Shown here: positions 20,491-29,096 of the stretch, in pieces
Layout: each line of letters begins with the position of its first letter
How positions within the stretch are numbered: the stretch's first letter is position 1
Assembly (NCBI GenBank): GCA_965223325.1
Contig: CBDCWI010000001.1
Coordinates: 1,344,001-1,408,000 of the forward strand
Reading direction: 5' to 3'
DNA length: 64,000 bases
Source: Candidatus Multivoradales bacterium
Lineage (GTDB): Bacteria; Acidobacteriota; Thermoanaerobaculia; Multivoradales; Multivoraceae
Notes under the pieces: generated by a model
Seen by the model: the letters and a program-made list of their open reading frames with translations, nothing else
Databases searched by the model: none
Told to the model about the DNA's origin: nothing
Program-made: the position numbers and the translations under genes

Positions 20491-21981
20491 CTATTGACCT
20501 CGCCAGTACCCATCCGGAGCGCGCAGCTTGACCCCTGCTCTTGTGGTGTCGATCTCGAGGCGCCGCCAACCCGGCCCCCGGGCCTCGCTCCGGAAGCCAA
20601 CCCGCAGCTGAGAGGCGAGCTCCGCCGCAATGTCTTGCCAGACCCCGCTCACTTCGTCGACCGTGCCCAACGACGAAACGTGGCCGCCGGTCTGTCCGAC
20701 GAAGTGATCGAGCATCATCCAGCGGCCTGGCCGTCGTATCAGGCCCTCCTTGCCTTCGAGTCGTACCAGGAAGAGCGGCAGGCCGGCACGACGAACGACC
20801 GTCGATGCCTGCTGCAGAGAAAAGCGACCGCTGCTGTCGCGGCCATCGGTCAACAGAACAACCGCCCGTCGACCGACGACGCCGCGCAGCTGGACGACGG
20901 CGTAGGCCATTGCCTCGTGCAGGGCGGTGGAGCTGCCCACTTCGATGCCTTCGAGCGCCGCACGCACGGCAGCACCATCGTCGGTGGGCCCGATGACGTG
21001 CTCGGGACGCTCTGAGAACGCCACCACCAGAGCGCGATCACCGGGTGCCAGGCGCTCGACGAATTGCTGAGCCGCGGCGCGCACGGTCTCCTGATCGTCT
21101 TCCATGCTTTCGGAGGCATCGAGAACAAGAGCCACCGTCAGAGGAATCATCGGAACCGGCTCGACGAAACGAACCGGCCGCTCCTTGCCGGCTTCACGAA
21201 CGATGAGTTCCCCAGCCTCGAGGTCGAGCACCGAATCACCTCTTCCATCGCGCGCCGAGACGTAAAGTTCGACCATCGACACCTCGCTCTGGTAGCGATA
21301 GTCCCTTTCGTCGCCTTGCGGCATGACGATGTCTTCGGCCGCCGGTTGCAGACCGTCTTTGCCGTCCCGGTCAAAGGCAACGGCTCGTAGCCAGCTCGGC
21401 GTACTGGGAAACTCGATCACCCTACGGTAGGGCGGACCGTCGAAACGATGAAGCAGCTGCTCGCCCCAGCGGAGCTCCACCGGCACCGGGCGACGACCGC
21501 GAGGGAGATCGACGTCGAGGTCGACAAGCACCCGCTCGCCAGGTTGAAGGGTCGTGGGGCGCCGGATCTGGACACTCAGCCTCCCCTGTCCCTTGTTGAG
21601 CGAACGACGGTCTCTACTGGTGAGTTCACCCATCTCATCGAAGGCCTGGACCTCGAGCACATGAGGCTCAGGCAGCATCCCGAGTTTGAGAGCCGCCCGC
21701 CAAGGCGGGCGCACGAGACTGGCGACAGTCTGGCCATCGAGCAGGACCTCGAGCCGGGCGACTCCTTCTCCGACCTTGAACTCGACCGGCACACGTCCCC
21801 AGACCATCGCCCGAAAGGCGGCCTCGATCTCAACGCTCCCCGGCTCCGGGGCTTGCCCTTCTTCTACCCGTGGTGGTGGGCCGACGGCCGCGAGCTGCGT
21901 CGTTGTGACCGCCAGCACTGTCACCAGCGCCGTCACCCGCAACGACGCCACAAGGGGAGGAGCAACTTTCACCGGCGACAC
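20491..21981 (-). CDS. VWA domain protein (acidobacterial VWFA-related) with N-terminal Ig-like domains
   Basis: VELYVSARD..G..V.DL, VLDASESM (MIDAS), TALHEA, LLTDGRD. GTG 21981 follows GGAGGG; the longer ORF overlaps the neighbouring gene. Confidence 0.85.
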   Translation of the reverse strand: MSPVKVAPPLVASLRVTALVTVLAVTTTQLAAVGPPPRVEEGQAPEPGSVEIEAAFRAMVWGRVPVEFKVGEGVARLEVLLDGQTVASLVRPPWRAALKLGMLPEPHVLEVQAFDEMGELTSRDRRSLNKGQGRLSVQIRRPTTLQPGERVLVDLDVDLPRGRRPVPVELRWGEQLLHRFDGPPYRRVIEFPSTPSWLRAVAFDRDGKDGLQPAAEDIVMPQGDERDYRYQSEVSMVELYVSARDGRGDSVLDLEAGELIVREAGKERPVRFVEPVPMIPLTVALVLDASESMEDDQETVRAAAQQFVERLAPGDRALVVAFSERPEHVIGPTDDGAAVRAALEGIEVGSSTALHEAMAYAVVQLRGVVGRRAVVLLTDGRDSSGRFSLQQASTVVRRAGLPLFLVRLEGKEGLIRRPGRWMMLDHFVGQTGGHVSSLGTVDEVSGVWQDIAAELASQLRVGFRSEARGPGWRRLEIDTTRAGVKLRAPDGYWRGQ

Positions 21982-22024
21982 CAGGAGGCCCTCCAGTACC
22001 AGCGCCGACGCGACCGAGCGGTGC

Positions 22025-23260
22025 TCAGTTCGCCTGGCGAGCAGTCGCAAGCCCCAGAAGGACGCGCTGGCCTTCGAGATACTCCGGCACGTCGACGTAC
22101 TCGTCGATGGTGTGGGCATTGTGCTGACCCGCCCCCAGGGTGACGGTGGGAACGCCTTTCGCATTCAGGTAGTTCGCATCGAGGCCACCGTTGGCGATGT
22201 ACTGCACAGGCTTGCCGCCCTGATCACGGATGATCGCCTCCGCCAGTTTGACCGGCGGCGCCTGCTTGTTCATCACGAACGCCTCGTAGTCGCGCTCGGC
22301 GTGGAAGTCGACGCTGCCACACGCGCCCGAATCGTTGCGCACCGACTTCGCGGCATCCTTGAACGCTTTCTCCCACGCCTTCGTAATGCGGTTCAAGAAG
22401 GGCTTCGAGTGGCTGCGCGACTCTCCCTTGACGTAGACGTGGTCGGTGACCTGGTTGGTCGCTTCGCCACCCTCGAGCACCCCAACGTTCGAGGTCCCCC
22501 GGCCGCCGCGCTTCTCGATCTTGCCGAACCAACCATCCGCCGCTGCCCCGGCAATGGCGCGGCTGGCGATCAGCGAAGCCGAGATTCCGTCCTCCGGCCG
22601 CACCCCGGCGTGCGAAGAGCGGCCATTCACGTGGACGTACCAGCGATCGGCACCCGTGGCACCGATGATGACGCGATGGGGATCGCCCGAGTCGACGTTG
22701 AAACCCATTCTTGGGTTGCCCAGGTCCTTGAGCTTGACCATGCGCGCTCCCCACAAGCCGACCTCTTCGCCAACCGTGAAAAGAAAAGTGAGCGGCGGCC
22801 GCTCGAGGTCTTTGGTGAGAATCGTTTCGAGAACGGTGACCAGCGCTCCAATCGAAGTGCGATTGTCGCCGCCAAGAGCGGTCTTCCCCTTGGGCACGAT
22901 GCGATCGCCTCGAAGGACAGGCACGGCGCCACGACACAGAGGTACCGTGTCCATGTGCCCCATGAACAGCCGTCGCGGCGCGCGAAAGGTGCCCGGCACT
23001 TTGACGATCAGATTGCCAATCTCATAGTCACCTGGGATGCGGCGGTTGGCGGTGTCGTACTTGACCCAGGCCTTCTTCGCTCCGGCCCGGGCGAGTTTCT
23101 TCTCAATCGTCTTGGCGACCTGGGCCTCGTTACCCGACGCACCCTCGATGGCCAGGAAATCCATCAAATGCGCGAGCGCCCTGCGGTCGGTGGCATCGCG
23201 CCGGTTCTTCTTCGCGATGGTGCTTCTGGGGGCGGCCTTCTTTGTCTTCTTGGCTGGCAT
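22025..23260 (-). CDS. M20/M25/M40 family metallopeptidase (peptidase T-like)
   Basis: GHMDTV, LGGDN, VGEEVG, GRSSHAG, GGLDAN, HTIDE. Confidence 0.92.
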   Translation of the reverse strand: MPAKKTKKAAPRSTIAKKNRRDATDRRALAHLMDFLAIEGASGNEAQVAKTIEKKLARAGAKKAWVKYDTANRRIPGDYEIGNLIVKVPGTFRAPRRLFMGHMDTVPLCRGAVPVLRGDRIVPKGKTALGGDNRTSIGALVTVLETILTKDLERPPLTFLFTVGEEVGLWGARMVKLKDLGNPRMGFNVDSGDPHRVIIGATGADRWYVHVNGRSSHAGVRPEDGISASLIASRAIAGAAADGWFGKIEKRGGRGTSNVGVLEGGEATNQVTDHVYVKGESRSHSKPFLNRITKAWEKAFKDAAKSVRNDSGACGSVDFHAERDYEAFVMNKQAPPVKLAEAIIRDQGGKPVQYIANGGLDANYLNAKGVPTVTLGAGQHNAHTIDEYVDVPEYLEGQRVLLGLATARQAN

Positions 23261-23327
23261 CGAGAGACGGTACCAGAGCACCTCACTCCCGTTCTGGGCC
23301 GCGGTTTTCTCCCCATTTGACCTCTAC

Positions 23328-24386
23328 TCAATCCGACCGGGGTGTTCCGTCGGCACGCACACCGAAGCGCTGGCGCAGAAAGGTCGCGCTGTCGCCAACC
23401 GCACTCTCGGCCCTGGGCACCATGGGTGCCAGGCTCCAGAAGAGGTGGAACAGGTCCTCGTAGACCTTGAGTGTCGTGTCGACTCCCGCTTCGGAAGCGC
23501 GCTCAGCGAACCGCTGCACCTGATCGAGGAAGACCTCGGCGGTGCCCACCTGGACCATGAGGGGCGGCAAACCGCGCAGGTCGGCGCGCAATGGCGCCAA
23601 CCGCGGGTCGTCGATCTCCGGGCCCCATTCCCCGGTCTCAGGGTTCTGGGACAGAACCGCCTGCAGGCACTCCGAGATAAAGCCCGGACCAATGGAGTCA
23701 TCGTGATCGTTTTCAGCCATCGAACCGTCGTCGGCACGCGGATCGACCCAGGGTGAGAAGAGAACGGCCCCAACCGGCATCTCGAGAGACTGGTCGCGCG
23801 CCTGTTGCAAGACCGAAACAACGAGTGCACCGCCCGCAGAGTCTCCCGCCAGGGCAATCTTGCACGCGTCTTGCGACTGTGAAGCGACCTCGAGCAGGCC
23901 GCGATAGACCGCCAGACAGTCATCCTGGGCGGCGGGGAATGGGTGTCGCGGTGCCAGCCGGTAGTCAGGTGCCAGCACCCGCGCGCGCGCTTCGATGGCG
24001 AGACGTGCGATGACGTCACGGTAGAGGCTCGGCGAACCAAGTGCGTAGCCCCCGCCATGGAGATAGAGCAGGACCCGTTGGCCACTTTGATAGTGCGAGG
24101 TTGCAATCTTCTTCGGCCGACACCAGATGCAGGGAACTCCCGCAATGGTGGTCTTCTCCGTTTCGACCATCCGGGCCAGCGGCGTCGTGCGCGGCAGGAG
24201 CCGCTCGGTTCGCTTGGCCCACGGTAGCCCGAACTGCACCGCGCCGTCGGTGTAGGTGCGCACGATTGTTCGCAGGAACTCTTCGCGCTTCGACCAGGTC
24301 GGTCGACGACGACCGCGAACCAGACGCAACGGCATCACCGCCGCCGCCGCAGCCAGAACGCGGAGAAAGAAGAACACTGTGCGCAA
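23328..24386 (-). CDS. Alpha/beta hydrolase (HSL-family esterase)
   Basis: YLHGGGY, DYRLAP, GDSAGG, catalytic His in FHLF. Confidence 0.92.
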   Translation of the reverse strand: MRTVFFFLRVLAAAAAVMPLRLVRGRRRPTWSKREEFLRTIVRTYTDGAVQFGLPWAKRTERLLPRTTPLARMVETEKTTIAGVPCIWCRPKKIATSHYQSGQRVLLYLHGGGYALGSPSLYRDVIARLAIEARARVLAPDYRLAPRHPFPAAQDDCLAVYRGLLEVASQSQDACKIALAGDSAGGALVVSVLQQARDQSLEMPVGAVLFSPWVDPRADDGSMAENDHDDSIGPGFISECLQAVLSQNPETGEWGPEIDDPRLAPLRADLRGLPPLMVQVGTAEVFLDQVQRFAERASEAGVDTTLKVYEDLFHLFWSLAPMVPRAESAVGDSATFLRQRFGVRADGTPRSD

Positions 24387-24587
24387 GGGCGCTCCTGCGG
24401 GAAGTCGTGGGCACGGCGATCGGCGTCTTCAAGACAGCGCGATCATGGCGGTCGAGAAACGGTGCGCACATTGTACGGGGCAGGCCCGTCCAGGAACGGC
24501 CACCCCACGTGGCGGACCCTCTCGCCTCCGGAGGCCGCTGATGGCCCAGCCCTCGCGTTATGGCCGGGCGCTCGAAACCGCGCCGCT

Positions 24588-25958
24588 TCAGTCGGCGTCG
24601 GTGCTCTCGCCATCCGGCTCTTCGCTGACTCCCTCATGCAGACCGAAGTGCTTCTCGAGCACCTCGGCGATCGTCAGTTGGCGCGAGTCGGTCGCCGAGT
24701 AGGTGACGTAGCCGAGCATCATCTCGTCCCAGGTCTCGGGGCCCCAGTCCATGGCAATGTCCGGGTTGGGGTTGTTGGGGTTCTCATCCGAGTTGTCGTA
24801 GTGCACGCTGTATTCGAGGCGCGTACCGGCAGGCAACTCGAGCGGCTCGGCGAAGGAGTAGTCGGTCTGCCAGTTGAAGTCCCACACCGGCACCGAAAGG
24901 ATCTCCCGGCGCGTACCATCTGGATAGATCGCTTCGTACCTGGCGTCGCGACCACGCAGATGCATATGCGGGTGCATGGCGATCAGGGTGGTGTCTTCTT
25001 CGAACACTCGGGCGGCACCGACCTTCCAGTTCGGGTGGCCGGGAGGGATCTCGAACCAACGGTTACCGATCGCGTTGTGTTCGACGAAGTGCTCGATGGC
25101 AGCGTCCTCGTCGTAGAAACGGAAGGCCACCTGCGACTCATCCCAGACGCCGGTGCCCTCGCCCTTCTCCTTGTGATAGTGCATCGAAAAGACGATCTTC
25201 GACCCCGCGATGAGCAGCTTGGCGTAGCCATCGGGGAAGATCATTGGCTCTTCGCCCGGGGCGATTGACCCGAGACCGTAGGCCTTGGTGCGGTCGCCTT
25301 CAGCCCCTGGCGGATAGCCATAGCCGACGATGTGATGAACCGGCTCCGAGCCGCCGCGCCACTCAATGCCTTTGATCCAACGACTGGCTGGCAGCATGTC
25401 TTCGGTGACTTCGACGACCAACTGCTCGTAGTGGGTATCGGCGTCATCGGGCACGAAGAACCGCGGCGCGGTGACGACGAGGTCGGGCTTGCCGATTCGC
25501 CAGCCGTGATCGGAGAACTCGAGCGATGGCGGCGCGTCGGCGATGTCGCCAGCAGGCGCGCCAGTCTGCGCCCAACGGACGACGGTCTCGATCTCTTCGT
25601 CGGCAAGGGTGCGCTCGTTCTTGAACACCCCGTGGTACTTCGAATCGGCGTACCAGGGCGGCATGAGGCGGGCCTTGACGTTCTTGGCGATCGACCGCGC
25701 CCACGGTCGCGTTTCCTCGTAGGTCATGAGCGACATCGGCGCCACCATGCCGGTGTAGTTGTCGCCACCGGCGCGATGGCACGCCTGGCAGTTCTCCTGC
25801 AAGATCGGCAGGACGTCACGATGGAAGGTCGGCTGGGCGGCTACGTCCTTGTTGGTGCTCGGCTCGCTCGACGACACGGCGGCTGTGGGGCCAACAAACA
25901 GGGCAGTGGCCAGCACGATCCCGGCAAGCGTGGACGTGAGCGTACGGTGCTTGAACAT
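24588..25958 (-). CDS. Exported c-type heme domain + copper type II (PHM/DBH-like) monooxygenase protein
   Basis: Signal peptide; CQACH, MPPW, VHH, MHYH, PHMH, WDFNWQ, DEMM. Confidence 0.82.
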   Translation of the reverse strand: MFKHRTLTSTLAGIVLATALFVGPTAAVSSSEPSTNKDVAAQPTFHRDVLPILQENCQACHRAGGDNYTGMVAPMSLMTYEETRPWARSIAKNVKARLMPPWYADSKYHGVFKNERTLADEEIETVVRWAQTGAPAGDIADAPPSLEFSDHGWRIGKPDLVVTAPRFFVPDDADTHYEQLVVEVTEDMLPASRWIKGIEWRGGSEPVHHIVGYGYPPGAEGDRTKAYGLGSIAPGEEPMIFPDGYAKLLIAGSKIVFSMHYHKEKGEGTGVWDESQVAFRFYDEDAAIEHFVEHNAIGNRWFEIPPGHPNWKVGAARVFEEDTTLIAMHPHMHLRGRDARYEAIYPDGTRREILSVPVWDFNWQTDYSFAEPLELPAGTRLEYSVHYDNSDENPNNPNPDIAMDWGPETWDEMMLGYVTYSATDSRQLTIAEVLEKHFGLHEGVSEEPDGESTDAD

Positions 25959-26048
25959 CGGTAGCCTCCAGTGCGCGCGCTGCGCATTGATCGCAAGTTC
26001 TGCAGATTGTCTCAGGCCACGGCAGAAGCCGTCAAACCGACCCTCGAC

Positions 26049-28400
26049 TCAGAAGCTGAGTTTGAGTGAAAGACTGATGTCACGACCGGGAAGTGGCACG
26101 TTGTCCTTCAGATACGAGGTGTGCCGGCGGGCTTCTTCGTTGGTGAGATTGCGTGCCCGCAGCAACAGGTCGAAGACCTGGTTGCCAACGAACACCCGGT
26201 GGCCGACGCTGGCGTTCACCATAGAGTAGCCGTCGGTCGGCGTTTCGTTCGGCGCCAGGTTGGTCGCGTCGTCCGTCCAGCGTAGCTCGACCATCCCATT
26301 CCAGCGCGTGCTATGGAGGTGCAGGCCGCTCCACGCTCGCCGCGGAGGAATGCGCGGCAGGTTCTGATTGCCGTCGTCGAGAGTCGCCCGCACGTAGTCG
26401 CCGCCGAGACTGAGGTGAAGGTCGGCGCCGTTCTCCCACTCGACTAGCTCGACCCGCCCGGTGAGCTCCACACCTTCGAACGTCGCGTCGTTCTGGGTAA
26501 AGAGCACCACCGGTAGACCGTCCTCCTCGAGGCCGGTCGGCGCTTCGTAGATGTAGTCATCGAACCGGTTGTGAAACAGCGTGACCTCGCCCTGTACTAC
26601 GCCCTGGGTTCGTCGCAGGGAGAGATCGAGACCCAGGCTGGTCTCTTCGCCGAGCTCGGAGTTGCCGACTTCGAAGGTCTGGGTCGCCAGGTGCGGACCG
26701 TCGGAAAACAGCTCCTCGGTGATCGGTAGCTTGACCGAGCGCGCCAGCGAACTCGCCAGTGACCAGCCCTCAGACAGCTTCCACACCACGCCCACGGAGG
26801 AACTGAGGCCGCTGTGTGAGACGTCTCCTCGACCCACTGCCTCGAGGTCCTGATCTTCGTAGCGCGCACCGAACTGCCAGGTGACCGGGCCAGCCTCGAT
26901 CTCCTGAAAGGTGAACAACGACATGCGCTTCGCCGTGCTGGCTGGAATGAAGGCTTCCGCGCCGATGGCCTCGAGCTCACGCATCGTGAACTGCAACCCG
27001 ACCGAACCCGACGATCTGGCCCTTTCCTTCTGAACCAGTTCCACCCGTCCGTCAAACGATTCGTTGAAGAAGCGAGTTCCGATCTCGTCGCCTTCGAGCT
27101 CGACGTGCTCGTAGTCGGTCACGCCGATCCGCCCACGCCATCCCCGGAAGATCGAGAACGGCTGGTTGATCTCAGAACGCAGGTCGACCCGTCGCTGCCG
27201 CATGTCGATGCGCACGGGCGCTTCCTCGTCCTCTTCGCCATCGTGATCGTCGTCATCATCATGATCATCGTCGTGGTCATCGTCGTGATCGTCCTCGTCC
27301 CCGTGGTGATGCGCGCCCTCACCCGGTATCCCGTAGTTGGTGTCGAAGCCCGCCACTGAAATACCGAGGAAGCCCCGGTCCCCGAAAAAGCGGGTCACGC
27401 CCAGGCGGCCGCTTTCGGTCTCCAGGTCGCTGTTGGGCAAACGATCGAGCGGTTCCTCGTCGCCGTCAATGTCGGCCGAACCAGGAATGTCATAGTCCCC
27501 GGCATCTCGGGCGCTCACCCCGAAGTGATAGGCCCAGTCGCCAGACCCGCCTTCGAGGAGGAGAGCGGCTGCCTTTTCGTCTGCCACGGAGGCGGCGCGC
27601 ACTTCAACACTGCCCGAGATTGGCTCGATCGCGCGATAGGTCGGAATCCTCTCGTCGACGACATTGACCGCACCACCGATGGCACTCGAACCGTAGAGCA
27701 GCGTCGATGGCCCGCGGAGAACCTCGATACTGTCGGCGAGCATGGTGTCGGAGGCCACCGCGTGGTCGGCACTGACCGCAGAGGCGTCTCCTATGTCGAC
27801 GCCGCCCTCGAGAACGCGCACCCGGTCGCCCGACTGCCCGCGAACGATCGGACGGCTGGCACCCTGACCGAAAGACGTGGAGCTCACCCCGGCGAGTCCG
27901 TCGAGTGTCTCGCCGAGCGTCGCTTGGCGTTTGAGGTCGAGCTCGAGCCCGACCAGCGAGTCGATCGGTTGCGCCATCTCCAGCGCCAGGCGCGCCTCAC
28001 CAGCACTGACGACCACCTCGTCCTTGTGGCTGGTGACCCCAAGGGCAATGTCGACCTCTGCGCTCTCCCCAGCGACCACCTCGACACGAGCAACGCCGGC
28101 CCCGCCCGGGCCGCTCGCCTGCAGCAAATAGGAACCCGTGGGAACGTCGGCGAACGAAAAGGTGCCGTCGGCAGCGACGGCCACCTGGCGACCGAGCTCA
28201 ACCAGGCGAACTTCGACGAGGGCAATACCTTCGCCAGATTCGTGGCGGTCAGCATGCCGGTCATGAACGACCCGCCCTTCGATCGCACCGAGCTCCTCGG
28301 CACTGAGCGACCCGGGAACGACCGAAAGGATGAGAAGCAGCTGGCAAGCGCCAAACAGACTCCGGATCAACTGTCTCGCATTCCAATACATCATCATCAT
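26049..28400 (-). CDS. TonB-dependent receptor, ZnuD-like, with His/Asp-rich loop
   Basis: Signal peptide; TLGETL, SRPIVRG, IEVLRGPSTLLYGSSAIGGAVN; C-terminal PLPGR...LKLSF. Confidence 0.93.
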   Translation of the reverse strand: MMMMYWNARQLIRSLFGACQLLLILSVVPGSLSAEELGAIEGRVVHDRHADRHESGEGIALVEVRLVELGRQVAVAADGTFSFADVPTGSYLLQASGPGGAGVARVEVVAGESAEVDIALGVTSHKDEVVVSAGEARLALEMAQPIDSLVGLELDLKRQATLGETLDGLAGVSSTSFGQGASRPIVRGQSGDRVRVLEGGVDIGDASAVSADHAVASDTMLADSIEVLRGPSTLLYGSSAIGGAVNVVDERIPTYRAIEPISGSVEVRAASVADEKAAALLLEGGSGDWAYHFGVSARDAGDYDIPGSADIDGDEEPLDRLPNSDLETESGRLGVTRFFGDRGFLGISVAGFDTNYGIPGEGAHHHGDEDDHDDDHDDDHDDDDDHDGEEDEEAPVRIDMRQRRVDLRSEINQPFSIFRGWRGRIGVTDYEHVELEGDEIGTRFFNESFDGRVELVQKERARSSGSVGLQFTMRELEAIGAEAFIPASTAKRMSLFTFQEIEAGPVTWQFGARYEDQDLEAVGRGDVSHSGLSSSVGVVWKLSEGWSLASSLARSVKLPITEELFSDGPHLATQTFEVGNSELGEETSLGLDLSLRRTQGVVQGEVTLFHNRFDDYIYEAPTGLEEDGLPVVLFTQNDATFEGVELTGRVELVEWENGADLHLSLGGDYVRATLDDGNQNLPRIPPRRAWSGLHLHSTRWNGMVELRWTDDATNLAPNETPTDGYSMVNASVGHRVFVGNQVFDLLLRARNLTNEEARRHTSYLKDNVPLPGRDISLSLKLSF
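27224..27311 (-). repeat. Low-complexity His/Asp coding repeat (HHHGDEDDHDDDHDDDHDDDDDHDGEEDEE)
   Basis: Read directly in the receptor translation. Confidence 0.85.
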
Positions 28401-28404
28401 GAGA

Positions 28405-28458
28405 ACCTCCGCCGTTTGAGCCTCGTCACCGCCCTGGGTGTCTGACCCAGACGGAGGT
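28405..28458 (-). promoter_or_regulatory. SD / anti-SD pairing in the TonB receptor leader
   Basis: SD CGGAGGT (complement of 28405-28411) is perfectly complementary to the leader segment at 28452-28458; nested 6-bp hairpin at 28434-28450. Confidence 0.45.
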
Positions 28459-28613
28459 GGATAGGCCCCGATTGTGTTCCGGGGTCACGTCGCTTCGCCC
28501 CACTCGCGTGAGAGCCGGAGCGACGGAGAACGTCGCGGTTCGACTGAGCGACCCACTGTGAGGCTCAGGAACCCTTTGACTCGCCTACTGGCGGTCAGCT
28601 ACGTGGCGACGGT

Positions 28614-29078
28614 CTAGAGCGCAACGGGCGGTCCCCGGCGGAGGGGAAGGGCGATCTGTTGGTCGGCGAAAGCTTCGGGTGCCCGACGCGCCAGCCGCTG
28701 ACTACCGTCGGCGTTGCCCCCGCGCGCCGGCACCGAGCGTTCGAGCGCCACACGGTGGGTGGACGCTGAATGACAAACGGCACAACCGTGGCGATGGGCG
28801 CGCGGCGAGCCGGTGAGCTGCGAGTGCCCGGGCTCGTCGGCATCGCGTTGTAGAAGGCCAGAGGATCTTGGTCCGCCGGCTTCGACGTGATCGAGGTTAC
28901 AGAGCGCGTCACCGACCGGCGCGACGGCCAGCGTGTCGTGATCATGAGCCCAGTCGAGCGGCCCGCTGCCGAGCACCAGGCAGGCGCCCACCACCGACCA
29001 CACGACCGCCCTGCAGGCCGATCTGAAGCAGTGTCGCGCGGTCTTCGAGGCCGACGCGCTCTTGATCAGACTCATCAC
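28614..29078 (-). CDS. DUF2946/CruR-like metal-sensing upstream ORF with RGPP arrest-type motif
   Basis: Hydrophobic segment, HDHD, HRHGCAVCH, C-terminal LRRGPPVAL; directly upstream of a TonB receptor on the same strand. Confidence 0.7.
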   Translation of the reverse strand: MMSLIKSASASKTARHCFRSACRAVVWSVVGACLVLGSGPLDWAHDHDTLAVAPVGDALCNLDHVEAGGPRSSGLLQRDADEPGHSQLTGSPRAHRHGCAVCHSASTHRVALERSVPARGGNADGSQRLARRAPEAFADQQIALPLRRGPPVAL

Positions 29079-29096
29079 GCTGGCAATTCTACTAAA

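Noticed and set aside
21686-23320. 544-aa + strand ORF
   Set aside because: Antisense shadow of the M20 peptidase and VWA genes; no motifs; expected at high GC.
28400-28614. Cobalamin riboswitch upstream of the TonB receptor
   Set aside because: No B12-box-like sequence recognised by eye; an Rfam scan would be decisive.
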